Shown piece after piece: positions 1-11,552 of a stretch of DNA of 64,000 bases (position 1 is its first letter; every line of letters begins with the position of its first letter). Both the position numbers and the translations under genes were made by a program. This stretch comes from Vitrella brassicaformis CCMP3155 (lineage: Eukaryota > Protista > Chromerida): positions 1 through 64,000 of the forward strand of contig CDMY01000362.1 in NCBI GenBank assembly GCA_001179505.1. The letters are read 5' to 3'. Under the pieces are notes generated by a model that was not told the origin of the DNA, did not search any database, and saw only the letters and a program-made list of their open reading frames with translations.

Positions 1-1282
1 GTCTGGGTGCATGTCGCCATGCAGCAACCTCATGCTCCCGCCCTCCCGCCGCCACAAGGTGGGTGCCTTGCATGGCACTGCTGGCTTCTCGAGGAGCCAT
101 TCGGCCCGCAGGGATGGCGACAGCGGGGCGGCGGGCACGGCGGTCTCGGTGGACAGGGGCGGGCAGGTGAAGGGCTGCTGCAAGTCCCTCGCGAGAGTGA
201 GAGTGTGGAGCAGCGCCTCATGGATGGCGCGACGGGTGGTGCCGGCGACTGCGGCCATCAGGGACGGCTTGAGCTTCTGGCCGCCGCCCGGACCGTAGAG
301 GAGGGGGGGCTCGAGTGGTGTGTTGGTGTTGCGGGCTGCATTGAGCGCCGCTCGCGCCGCGGTGACCTCGCCCAGGCTGGGGGCGTCCTCGCTGTCCAAC
401 TCTGACAGAAGAGACGCACACCAACGACAGGAACACATACGCGTGGTGTTCATTCGAGCATCTTTTTTCCTTCCGTCCCTCCCTCCCTCCCCATCTCTGT
501 ATCTTGAGCTTACTGAGGGTCTCCACAGCGAAGTACGGGCCCGATAGCTTGAGCGTCGTCGTCTCTCCTGCGGCCTCCTCCTCGTCACGGAAGCTGGAGG
601 TCTTGTCCTTGGGGGGCAGGACAGTGAGGGTGAGGGGGTCGTTGGGACTCACGAACCCCCTGGCCAGCAGAGCGGGACCTCTCAGCTGGCTGCCGAGCCG
701 GTGGAGCAGCTTGCTCTCGTCCTCGATCAGTCGCGTCCACATCAGCAGCTCATGGCCTCTCAGCGGCTTCTCCCCCCGATGTCGCCTCAGCTCGTCAGGG
801 ACGAGGAAGCGCACTATGCAGTCCCTCCCGTCAATCACCCCCCTCAGCTGCACCGACCGGCTGCTGAAGAAGTACCGCCCCGTGAACTGCACGTCTGTGA
901 TGGAGAAGTCCCGGCTGCTGAAGTACCACCGATCTGGCGGACCAGGCCGCCAGATCGGTGGCCTCGGTGCTGACGCTCCCTGCGGCGCTGCGGGGAAGTG
1001 TGGCGCACTGGGTGCGCTCCCGTGCGTCTGGCAGCACAGCAGGGGGCACTTGATGGTGGCGTAGCGGCTCTTGAGAGCGCCGTTGAGGCTGTCCAGCCAT
1101 CCCTTTTGTGTGGCGGCCTTGGCGCGGTACAGGCCGGCGATATCGGGGCGGCATGCTGATGGCCGCTGTGCCTGCGGCTGCTGACTGCGCCATGTGCGCT
1201 GGTTGGTGGGCTGCTGCTCCGTCGTCATCGCCTTGTGGGCGTAATGGTGGTGCATAGGCATGTAGGGGTGGGAGGGGGGCAT
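1..1282 (-). CDS. Divergent protein kinase-like gene, copy A (runs off the window start; 2 exons visible, intron ~402-513)
   Basis: ORF 218..1282 N-terminal half is spliced at a GTAAG donor (~513) to a TCAG acceptor (~402). The exon at 1-401 is the reverse complement of copy B 6407-6800 and encodes LLHGDMHPD (catalytic-loop-like) at the window edge. An upstream ATG at 1318 is followed by an in-frame TAG. Confidence 0.6.
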
Positions 1283-2419
1283 AAACGGGTGTTGCTAGTG
1301 CTGATGCAGGACAAACATCGCTGTATCTCTCTCCTCCTCCGTGCCCTGTTGTAAATGCGAGCTTCAAAGAGGGGGGCGAGATTTTCGCGAGACGGAGACA
1401 ATCGCAAGCCTATATTATCTGCTTGAAGTCCAATTTCGCCTGTGCTCGGCTTTCCAGCCTTCTTTCGGTTACCGATGCTCGATTCCTTTTTCTTTTCGCC
1501 CCGTCGTTGGCTTTTGTTGTCCGCCCCATCTCGCTCCACCCCTCCCAACTCGTCCAGATTTCATCCAGCACTTGCTCCTTCACCAGCGAGGGATGAGGCC
1601 AAGGCCTGGGCGCCCTGCCTTCTTCTTGCACGAACCGCCTCCATCAGTTGGGTATGCGTATACGTCTGTGAGGGATAGACAGCACCCACCGATGGCGAGG
1701 CAGGGAAAGGGCCACAATAGGCGAGGCAGCGGTGGCTGCGGCGATGCCCATCGGACTGAACGACGAGACGACGTGAGCGGGCGACGCACATGGAGGGAGG
1801 GAGGAAGGGAGAGAGGGATGCGAAAAAAGAGCGTCCATGGATGTGGGTGATGTGTTGTGTTGTGTGTGTATCCACCAGGTACAGCATAAGCCCCGAGACT
1901 ATCGCCATGCACCAGGCCGCCACCTGCAGCCGACTCTACCCCAAGGGCGCCGTGCTGACCAGTTGGGGGGGCAGGTACACATGACACACACACGGATGGC
2001 ACACATACGCGTACGGATGAATGCCCTGTCTGCCTGCTGTGTGGGTGCGCAGGGGTGGACGCCATAGCCATGCGGCACAAGGGCATGCCGAACACTTTGA
2101 CATCCTCGAATATAACTCTAAATGGCTATACGGTAATGTACACTCATTAGGTGTTGGCCTTCGTCCACATTCGCTCACTGTCTCTGTCTCTCTCGCTAAG
2201 TCGCATGTGTGTGCAAGGGTCGAGCCCAAGAGAGCCTTGTCGGAGGACTACAAGTCCGTGGTGGACCTGCCCGTGACGACCAAAGGAGAAGGGGAGGCAA
2301 GATCTCAAGTGGGTACAAACGAACACAACTGCGGAGCGAAACGGCGCATTTTGTGTTTGTGCATCAGGGAAGATGCGAAGAAGGCCGATGCTGGCGATGA
2401 GAAGGAGAGAGATACAGCG

Positions 2420-5400
2420 ATGTTTGTCCAGCATCAACACCAGCAACACCCGTCTATGCCCCCCTCCCACCCCTCCATGCCATTGCACCACCATCATGCC
2501 CACAAGGCGATGACGACGGAGCAGCAGCCCACCAACCAGCGCACATGGCGCAGTCAGCAGCCGCAGGGACAGCGGCCATCAGCATGCCGGCCGATATCGC
2601 CGGTCTGTACCGCGCCGAGGCCGCCACACAGAAGGGATGGCTGCACAGCATCAACGGCGCTCTCCAGAGCCTCTACGCCACCCTCAAGTGCCCCCTGCCC
2701 TGCTGCCAGACGCACGGGAGCGCACCCAGTGCGCCACAGTTCCCCGCAGCGCGGCAGGGCGCGTCAGCACCGAGGCCGCCCATCTACCGGCCTGGTCCGC
2801 CATCCCGCCCACCCGCCGCAGCGACACTTGCTGCTTCGCCGCCGTGCCGAGCCAGCGTGCCGCCTGCAGCCACATGCTCATCCCCCGGCACCACTGCCAC
2901 CGGCCCTGGCTCCCCAGTATCCGACACGGCCCAGCCGCTGCCACCACTGCCCACCATGGGCAGCTGCACTGCACCCTCCGCCACAGCTGCATCCGGCCCC
3001 ATCATGCGCCCCATCGACGACGTGCAGTTCACGGGGCGGTACTTCTTCAGCAGCCGGGACTTCTCCATCACAAACGTGCAGTTCACGGGGCGGTACTTCT
3101 TCAGCAGCCGGTCGGTGCAGCTGAGGGGGGTGATTGACGGGAGGGACTGCATAGTGCGCTTCCTCGTCCCTGACGAGCTGAGGCGACATCGGGGGGAGAA
3201 GCCGCTGAGAGGCCACGAACTGCTGATGTGGACGCGACTGATCGAGGACGAGAGCCAGCTGCTCCACCGGCTCGGCAGCCAGCTGAGAGGTCCCGCTTTG
3301 CTGGCCAGGGGGTTCGTGAGTCCCGACAAACCCTTCCCCCTCACTGTCCTGCCCCCCAAGGACAATGCCTCCAGCTGCCGTGACGAGGAGGAGGCCGCAG
3401 GAGCGACGTCGACGCTCAGAGAGCTCAAGCTGTCGGGGCCGTTCTTCGCTGTGGAGACCCTCAGTAAGCTCAAGATACAGACAGAGATGGCAGGGGAGGG
3501 AGGGAGGGAGGGAGGGAGGGAGGAAGACGCTCGAATGAACATGTCGTGTATGTGTTCCTGTCGTTGGTGTGTCGTATGTGGGAGAAGCGCTCCAAGAAGG
3601 TAATGGAGCTTCCCAAGACGTCGCCCAAGACCAAGCCGGCCAAGACAACCGCCACCAAGACCACCAAGGTACACACAGCGACACTCGCCAGCACAGATGC
3701 CTGCATGCCTGTCCAGCACTGTGTGTATGTGGTTCTGTGTTTGTGTGTATGTGTCTGATGATTTCAGAGCATCGAGGCCAAGGTAAAGCACACACACGCT
3801 ACATCGACGTACGTTTATCCCTCTGTGTGCAGGTGGACACCCAGGACCACGTCGACAACATGAAGGACCCCGACGCCGCCGAGGATGAGGTGCGCAAAGA
3901 TCGGACATCCACACATAGACACACCGACGCACACACCCTTAGATGCCCGACATGGCTGTCTGTTTGTCTGTGCAGAACCCATTCTGGATTGTCACCGCAG
4001 AAGGCATCATCAACCTCCCCATCAAGGCACCCAAGAAGTTCCCAAACGCCCTCGCAAGGTAGACAGATGGGCACACACGTCCACTCATTCACTCCTTCAA
4101 CGCTATGTGTTGATGTGTGGGCCCACCCACCCACCACAAGAAGGCGCACACAATGGTAGGCAGATGGGCACAAGGCAGTCGCCCCCGAAGCGGCGCCCGC
4201 CACGCCCCTTGGCCCCGCCACCTAGGCCACCAAGCCCAAGGTTAAGGGGAAGGCCAAGGGGTGTGCAGATCGCTGGCTACATTTTATATTCGATCGCCTG
4301 ATGACAACCCCTTGAATCGCACCGCCTTGCCCCGCCATCTGCGGATCGAAGGTGAGCTGTCGAAATATACTGATCAGCTCGCGTGTACGTGTCTCGTGTA
4401 TGTGTGTGCAGGTGGATTGCCGTCTCTCCTACTTCATCCAAGATTGGCTGCTATATGTGGATCGGATTGATATCCCCGGCGGCGCCGCAGGTACGTAAAT
4501 GAGGGAGAAAGGAGGAGACTCATGAACACTTGCTCATGTCTCCTCTCTTCCCTGTTTGCCTCCGCTTATTTTTATTTGGCCACTTCGGCGGCCAACGAGA
4601 GATCCACTGAGGACCCGCAGGCGGCCACCGATGTCCACAGAGGCTGGCTTGGTCGTGGATTGCCTCTGCACGTATGCTGCTGCTCCCAGGTGAGGTGACA
4701 CACACACACAGGTGGATGGATGGATATGTTGTCTTGGTCGGTCGTCAGGTTACTTCACGTCCATCCAGCAGATCGGCAACTCCCCCTACCTCCAGGCCGA
4801 CCTCACGCACCGCATAGTCCACAACGAGACGCTGCTCGCTGTTCATTTTACTCACAACGCATACCCATTCATCTATGTGTGGATGTGTCTGTGATGCAGC
4901 GAAAGTCCAATGACGTGCAGGTCGAGGCTCCAAGCGTTGATGTTGGCGGCGCCTCCATGCCAATCTGAATGCCGTGTGGTGTGCGCGCAGGAGCTGACGG
5001 CCGCAAAGGACGACAACAACCACCTACTCGACCAGGTCAACCAGCTACTCACGAAGCCAGCAGTCAAGGTAAGCATCAGAGGAGTATGAACCTGCTTCAA
5101 TTATGCATTTGTGTGTGTGGGTTTGTATGTCAGACGACAGCGACGCAGACGGTATTCTTCCACACACATCCACCAACTCACACACACATGAGCAGATCGA
5201 CGTGCATTCATTCTACGTTTGTCTGTGTGTGGATGTGTGTGCAGGTCAACGAGCCCTCTACTACTCGTGTGGACGGCGGCCAGGTCGAGAATCCTCCGGC
5301 TCCGCCGAGGTGCGCGAATCATGGGCTCCCCTGACGGTTTGTGGGTACTCATTCGAATGTTCCCATCTTTGCTTCGTCTCTCAGGAGATCATTCGACTTC

Positions 5401-7419
5401 TCAAGGAGAAGCTGCGCACCGAGCGGCAGGAGGGAGAGGAAAGGCGGGCTAATGGCTGTCAACAACCTCTGTTGCCCTGTCTTTCAGGAGATCCTTAAGT
5501 TGTGCCGGGTGAACTCTGAGTTAAACCAGGTAAGATCATCGACTGTGGAATCGTTCATCGACTTGTAGTTAGTCTTAGACACATGCCATGTGTGGTGTGT
5601 GTGCAGGAGCTAGCGGCCATCTAGGACGACAACCAAAACCTGCTAGATAAAGTTCAAGTGATGGTACGCGCCACCCACTCACTCACAAAATGGGCAGATC
5701 GACGTGCATTCATTCTACGTTTGTCTGTGTGTGGGTGTGTGTGCAGGTCAACGAGCCGAGCGTTGGTGGCTTCGGCAACGAGCCGAGCGTTGGTGGCGGC
5801 GCGGTCGAATCTCCTGCTCCTGCGATCCAGGTACGTACGCGCCACTCACTCACTGACACATGAGCAGATCGACGTGCATTCATTCTACGTTTGTTTGTCT
5901 GTGTGTGGATGTGTGGGTATGCAGCTGGTTCGCGAGCTCCTGGCGAAGAGCGAGAATGACATCCAGCGCAAAGACCAAGAGGTGAGCCACACTCACACAC
6001 ACAGATCCGCAAGAGAGACGCCTCATGTGTCTGTGTGTGTGTGCAGGTCCACCGTATACGCAAGCTTCTGGACGAGAGCGAGAAGTCGATGGTGCTCAAA
6101 GACCAAGGCGGCACCCGAAAAGCCTCGGCCTCTCATGGTCGCTGCTGGCGGCGGGAGATGTCAAGCCGTGGAATGGATCCGCTTGCGCTGTTGTGGACTT
6201 CGGCAGATACACAGATGTGCCCAGGGAAGGGCACCACGTGCCCAGGGAAGGGCAGCAGTAATCGGTGAGCAGGGCACGGCACACTAATGGGCAGGAAGGC
6301 CATAAGGGGCATCTGTGAAAGATCCAGCCCACTCTTTTCCTTTCCTGACCTTCAGATGCTGCCTGATCGATACCGTTGTCAACTTCTTGACGTGGAAGCC
6401 GCACAGAGTTGGACGGCGAGGACGCCCCCAGCCTGGGCGAGGTCACCACGGCGCGAGCGGCGCTCAATGCAGCCCGCGGGACCAGCACACCACTCGAGCC
6501 CCCACCCCTCTACGGCCCGGGCGGCGGCCAGAAGCTCAAGCCGTCCCTGATGGCCGCAGTCGCCGGCACCACCCGTCGCGCCACCCATGAGGCGCTGCTC
6601 CAGACTCTCACTCTGGCGAGGGACTTGCAGCAGCCCTTCACCTGCCCACCCCTGTCCACCGAGACCGCCGTGCCCGCCGCCCCGCTGTCGCCATCCCTGC
6701 GGGCCGAATGGCTCCTCGAGAAGCCAGCAGTGCCATGCAAGGCACCCACCTTGTGGCGGCGGGAGGGCGGGAGCATGAGGTTGCTGCATGGCGACATGCA
6801 CCCAGACAACCTCATGGTCACCGGCACTGTGGGCAGCTCTGAGAGCGCGCCGGCCCTCGACATTCGGCACGTCGACCACGAGTGCATCCATGAGGTTACG
6901 ACGGAGCGGCTGCACTGCCATGTGGGCACCCCCGACAGCTACGTGCCCCTCAACTACCGCCTCGCTCTCGCCCGAGACAAGCACTTCCAGCCCGACAGCC
7001 AAGGCACCGACAGCTACGGGGAGGTAGTGGGGGTGGCGTTCGCCGCCTTGGCTGGCTATGAGCGGCTGGCCAGTCGCTTCCAGGGCTGGGCGGGACAGAA
7101 GGCGCATCCCTGGGGCAACTTCGTGAGCGTGTGGTCCGTGCCGAAGCGGCAGATCGGCAACATGCTCACGACCAAGGAGGGCAGGAAGAAGCTGCTGACG
7201 GGAGAGGGCCTGCGGATGGAGCAGCAGATGCACAACGGCATGATGCAGGCCATCGACGCGGCTATCGAGAAGGGGCGGGCGGGGACGGCCAGCAGAGAGG
7301 AGCTGAACGACCTGTACATCGCCAAGGAGTGCTTCTCCTTCGTCAGCCCCGACGAAGAGCCCTACATCCAGCCCCTCGACATACTCATTGAGCGCATCAA
7401 CCAAATCATCCACCAATGA
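2420..7419 (+). CDS. Divergent protein kinase/pseudokinase-like gene, copy B (exon 1 ~2420-3464, long intron 3465-6406, exon 2 6407-7419); 1-bp frameshift in the leader near 2590
   Basis: ORFs 2545..3603 and 6409..7419. Motif LLHGDMHPDNLMV (HxDxxxxN) is followed by IRHVDHE at the DFG position. Donor and acceptor sit at positions identical to copy A. Confidence 0.6.
3021..3111 (+). repeat. 54-nt coding tandem duplication (VQFTGRYFFSSR x2)
   Basis: cgtgcagttcacggggcggtacttcttcagcagccgg occurs at 3021 and 3075. Confidence 0.95.
3585..6400 (+). pseudogene. Degenerate multi-exon gene fragment (partly coiled-coil-like) nested in the intron of kinase copy B
   Basis: About a dozen exon-like blocks with AG/GT boundaries (e.g. 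VDTQDHVDNMKDPDAAEDE, NPFWIVTAEGIINLPIKAPKK, EIIRLLKEKLRTERQE, ELLAKSENDIQRKDQE), some with stop codons. The segment is absent from the homologous intron of copy A. Confidence 0.5.
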
Positions 7420-7479
7420 GGCGGCGTCGGTGGTGATGAATAGGAGAGCATCGTAAGTGATATGTGGCGGGCGGGTGCA

Positions 7480-7810
7480 TGCACATCGATCCGATCAAGG
7501 AGGGCAGGATCTGTCCATCCGGACTTGGGCATAGATGGAATGTTGGGCGGTCGAGGGGCTGGACACACCTGGATGGATGGATGGATGGATGGATTTGCTC
7601 GCGGGGTCGCCCTCTGATTTCTATGGAGGTACGACTTGCGTGCCGTGCCGTTTATGTGTGTACGCCATGAGACCACTGACTTGCCGTGACCTATATTTGG
7701 ACTCACCCACTCATCGTGACGCCGCGGCGCGCTCTCCACACTCACACGCACACACACAAACCTCTGCACACACCGCGTGAGTGCACATCCATAGTGTGTG
7801 TGTATGTGTG
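7480..7810 (+). repeat. Dispersed ~330 bp non-coding repeat, copy 1 (copy 2 at ~56490-56800)
   Basis: Shared blocks such as gagaccactgacttgccgtgacctat, cgcggcgc..ctccacac and acctctgcac..accgcgtgagtgcacat. Confidence 0.75.
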
Positions 7811-8389
7811 GCACGCCTGCTCATTGGATGAGTCAGGCAGTGCCGCACTGATCTGATTGATGGTATGTACGGTCGCCAGACGGCCGACATAGATGTGGTT
7901 GCGAAAGCACTTGTGTGGATCTCAACCCTGTGCCGTCTACCCTAGCTCAATGTTGCCTAAATTGGCCAGCTTGATGCGAATGTCGTCACACATGGAGCAT
8001 TTATTGAGGCATCCCATTCAGCACACAGAAGTCAGTCCATGCCATTCAGCCGATAGATAAAGAGCATGTTCACGTACAGCTGCGATTAAAACTACCTCAC
8101 ACAACAGAGACACATACACAGACAGACAGACAGACTGACTGTACACACACACCAAGGATGGATAAAAGAGCGAATCGATAACACCAGGGGCACTGTGCCA
8201 CCCTCACACCCACACACAGACACACAGCCGATGTACCCTCTCCTCCCCTCCCCGCTGTCTCTCCCTCCACCAGCCATGACGCACACCGCCCCATATACGG
8301 CACTGACCTACACTGACTGACCTACACTGACCTGCCTGCTCCTCCCCAATCCGTCAGGCAGGCAGCCAGGTAGCCAGGCCTCAGAACCA

Positions 8390-9080
8390 TCACTCACTCA
8401 GCCACTGCCGGTCGACGTGCTGGCCGACGCCTGAAAGCCACTCAAGGAGGTCACAGGAGACCACAATGCCGTTTATGTGTACGCAGCCTCTCTCCTGTCT
8501 TGCATTGGTCTCATCCAGCTGTCTGTCCGTCTGCCTCGCCCGCTGCAGTGCGTAGATTTCCATGTCCACACACGTGAAGGTCTGAGCAGCAGCCAAGGTG
8601 GCCCATCCGTCGATGTCGTCGTAGCTGCCTCTGTATGTCTTGCCGGCGGGCAGCTCGTCTCTCTTCACCCACTGCTGGCAGCTGCGCAGGTCGCCGGCAG
8701 GACGACCATCCGGCCACCCCCACCCCAGCCACAGGCGGCCGCCGCCGATGGCCACATAGCCGCCAACGGACACACCGTTGGTGTCCTTGACCGCCCCATC
8801 TGTGCCGGCGACCGTCACATACTGCTGGTCGTCCGGCACTGCGATGTGTGTGATGCCGTCGGCCTCGCTGAATGCGCCACACATCGAGTAGAAGGCCACG
8901 GGGCAGTTGGTCGTCTCCACGGCCGTGGCGTCAGCCGGCTGCTTGAGCTGTCTGTTGAGGTGGGCGGCGATGATGTGGTTGCCGGCGTCCTTGAGGACCA
9001 GCAGCAGATTGGTGGCGGTGCCCACCTTGGCCAGCATGGTGGGGTACATCCAACCGTCACACGCACCCCTGACACACAGC

Positions 9081-9115
<35 letters not shown>

Positions 9116-11262
9116 CGAATCAGTGACATCACCACTGTTTCTCTCAGTGGGCTGGTTACTCACTTGTACAGCAGCTTCGGCGTCGCATTGGCATTGCCCG
9201 TCATGTTGACGAGCTCCTGCAGTTGAACAGCAGACAGGACGGGCTCGGCCGGAGGAGTCGTCGACACCTGCACACAGACAGACATACAGACAGACAACAA
9301 CGATACATCATGGACACATCAACTCAGCCCCCCTCCGTTGATGTCTCACTGACCTCATACACCTCCAGCCGCTGGGCAGTGAAGGAATGGCTGCCCGCCA
9401 CAGTGGCCCATCCGTTGGTGTCGCAGCTGCCCAGGTAGGTCTTGCCGGCGGGCAGCTCGTCTCTCTTCACCCGCTGGCAGCTGCGCAGGTCGCCGGCAGG
9501 ACGACCATCCGGCCACCCCCACCCCAGCCACAGGCGGCCGTGACCGATGGCCACATTGCCACTGCCGTTGGTGCCCTTGACCGCTCCATTTGTGCCGGCG
9601 ACATCCACACGCTGCCAGTCGTGGGGCACTGCGATGTTGACGATGCCCTCTTGGTCCTTGAACGCCCCACTGATGGAGTAGAAAGTGACGAGGCGGCCGG
9701 TGAGCACCGCTGCTGTGGGGTCGGCTGGCGCGATGAGGGGCCCGTCGATGAGGCAGGCGAAGATGTGGCGGCGAAGCTCACTCTCATCACTCGTGTTCGA
9801 TGACTGACATGGTGCTGGCGGCACGCCCCAAACCCGACAGAGAAAACCTGTCAGCCAAGCGCGCAAAGCTGGCAACAGAGAGGCTGCTCGGGAGGTGAGT
9901 CGCCTCCAGGACGGAGATGGGTGGCGGCGCTTGCACTCAGCTTCGATGACGAACAGCAGGCCCCCTTCTTCGCCCGCCACTCGGTCGACCAGAGCCTCAC
10001 GCGACCAGCCATGCTGAGAACTCCTGACACACACAGAGACGCACACGGCAGGGAGGTTGGCCGTTGTGTGCCTCTCTGCTGTGAGTGCTCACCTGAACAG
10101 GCAGCGTATGTGGGTGTGCGATTTGCCGATCATGGTCAGCTACACACAGTCCATCAGGTCGTACATCTCAAAGGCACTCAGCAGCTGCGGCCAGTCGTCG
10201 GTGATGGGGAGGGCCAAGACGGCGTCCGGGGCCAGGCGACGGCGGCGGACGAAATCCACGACTCTGAGAGAACCAAATCAGGCCACCGCAGATGTCCTCT
10301 GTCGGCCTGTGATGTGTCGCCTTACTTCTCGAAGGTGGTCGTCGGCACACTGTCATCGGTGACGGGTGCCGCAAACCTACAGGCACACACACACACACAC
10401 ACACACACGTCCATACTGCGCCGTTTCCCTCCTCCTCATTTGCCCCAACTCACTCGGTGAATCGTCTGCCGAAGGTGTCAAGTCCCGCCAGAGTGGCGTC
10501 CGTCGTGGAAACAGTCGTGCCATGCACAACGGCACTCAGCACCTCATAGCCGCCCGTCCCTCTGGCCGCCGATGACTTGATGAAGCCACCCATCACCGCC
10601 ATGAAGTTCTGGAAGGCCTCACTGCCCTGCTCGTTCTGTGGCGTCATACTGAGTGTCGTCTTGGCGAAGAACAGGTCGTGGTAGAAGGCCTTGACGGGGC
10701 AGTCGTCGAAGACCGTGATGTCGTCGATCCAGCCCGCCTTGAGAAAACCCAACTTCACATCCAACCTGACACACACAGATGGAGAGAGTCAGACACGCGG
10801 CCAGCGGATGAATGTCAACCAAACAACATGGGCTTTGCTTCCCGCCCACCAGATGAAGTAGTGCGGGTTTGCGTCGATGAAGGGGATGCCGTCGGTGTCC
10901 TCGAGCAGCGACTCATCGAAGCGGTGAAACAACACAGCCAGGCGTGTGTCCTTGAGGCCATCTTGCAGCAGCACTTCACGAGGGAACTCCATGGTGAAGC
11001 CGCCCACGTTGATCTGCCAGGGCTTGTCTGCTTGGGTGCTGCTGCTGTCTGGCGCCTCCTTGGCAGTGACAGGTGGCTCAGAGAGACCCTGCATGGCTGA
11101 TGCCCTTCCACTGTTGTGACTCGGAGAGGCGATAGTCAGGCGGTGGGATGACTGATGAGAGTGAATGTCGAAAGAAGCCGGCTCACGCTTCTCCGAGGAG
11201 TTCGAACAATCGTCAAACGATCCGGTTTCACGCTGCCCTAGCCTTGGCATGTTTTGCCTCAC
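8390..11262 (-). pseudogene. BTB/POZ (KCTD-type) + tandem TLDc-like gene, copy 1; premature stop, insertion and altered 5' end
   Basis: WQINVGGFTMEFPRE...FIDANPHYF (T1/KCTD BTB), plus two TLDc-like domains. Exon-by-exon paralog of 58217-61309. In-frame TAG at 10140-10142 (MYDLMDCV* versus MYDLMECVY in copy 2). Confidence 0.8.
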
Positions 11263-11552
11263 ACTCGAGCTCGTCGATGCTTGTGCTCATAATCTGATGC
11301 CTCTAAGGAGTCCACAATCCTTAAGGAAAACACATAGCAAAGATGTTTTCGATGACCGATAAGGATCTATCTCCCTCCCTGGCGAAATCAAACTAACGAT
11401 ATACAAATATGACAGGTATGTCACCACCAGTGCATGAGTGACCGACTGCTCCTCTTGGCAGGAGACAGGTGGCATAGAAATCCCTCTCCCTCTTCCCCTT
11501 CCTGGCCTCCGTGTCTCGATTGATTGACCCATTCATCCATTCATTCATTCAT

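Noticed and set aside
1330-2400. Possible small gene in the spacer between kinase copies A and B
   Set aside because: Only short exon-like pieces with no coherent model or motif
6379-7416. 345-aa antisense ORF opposite the kinase exon (similarly 37828..39021 and 51080..52225)
   Set aside because: Shadow ORFs expected from high GC3; no recognisable motifs
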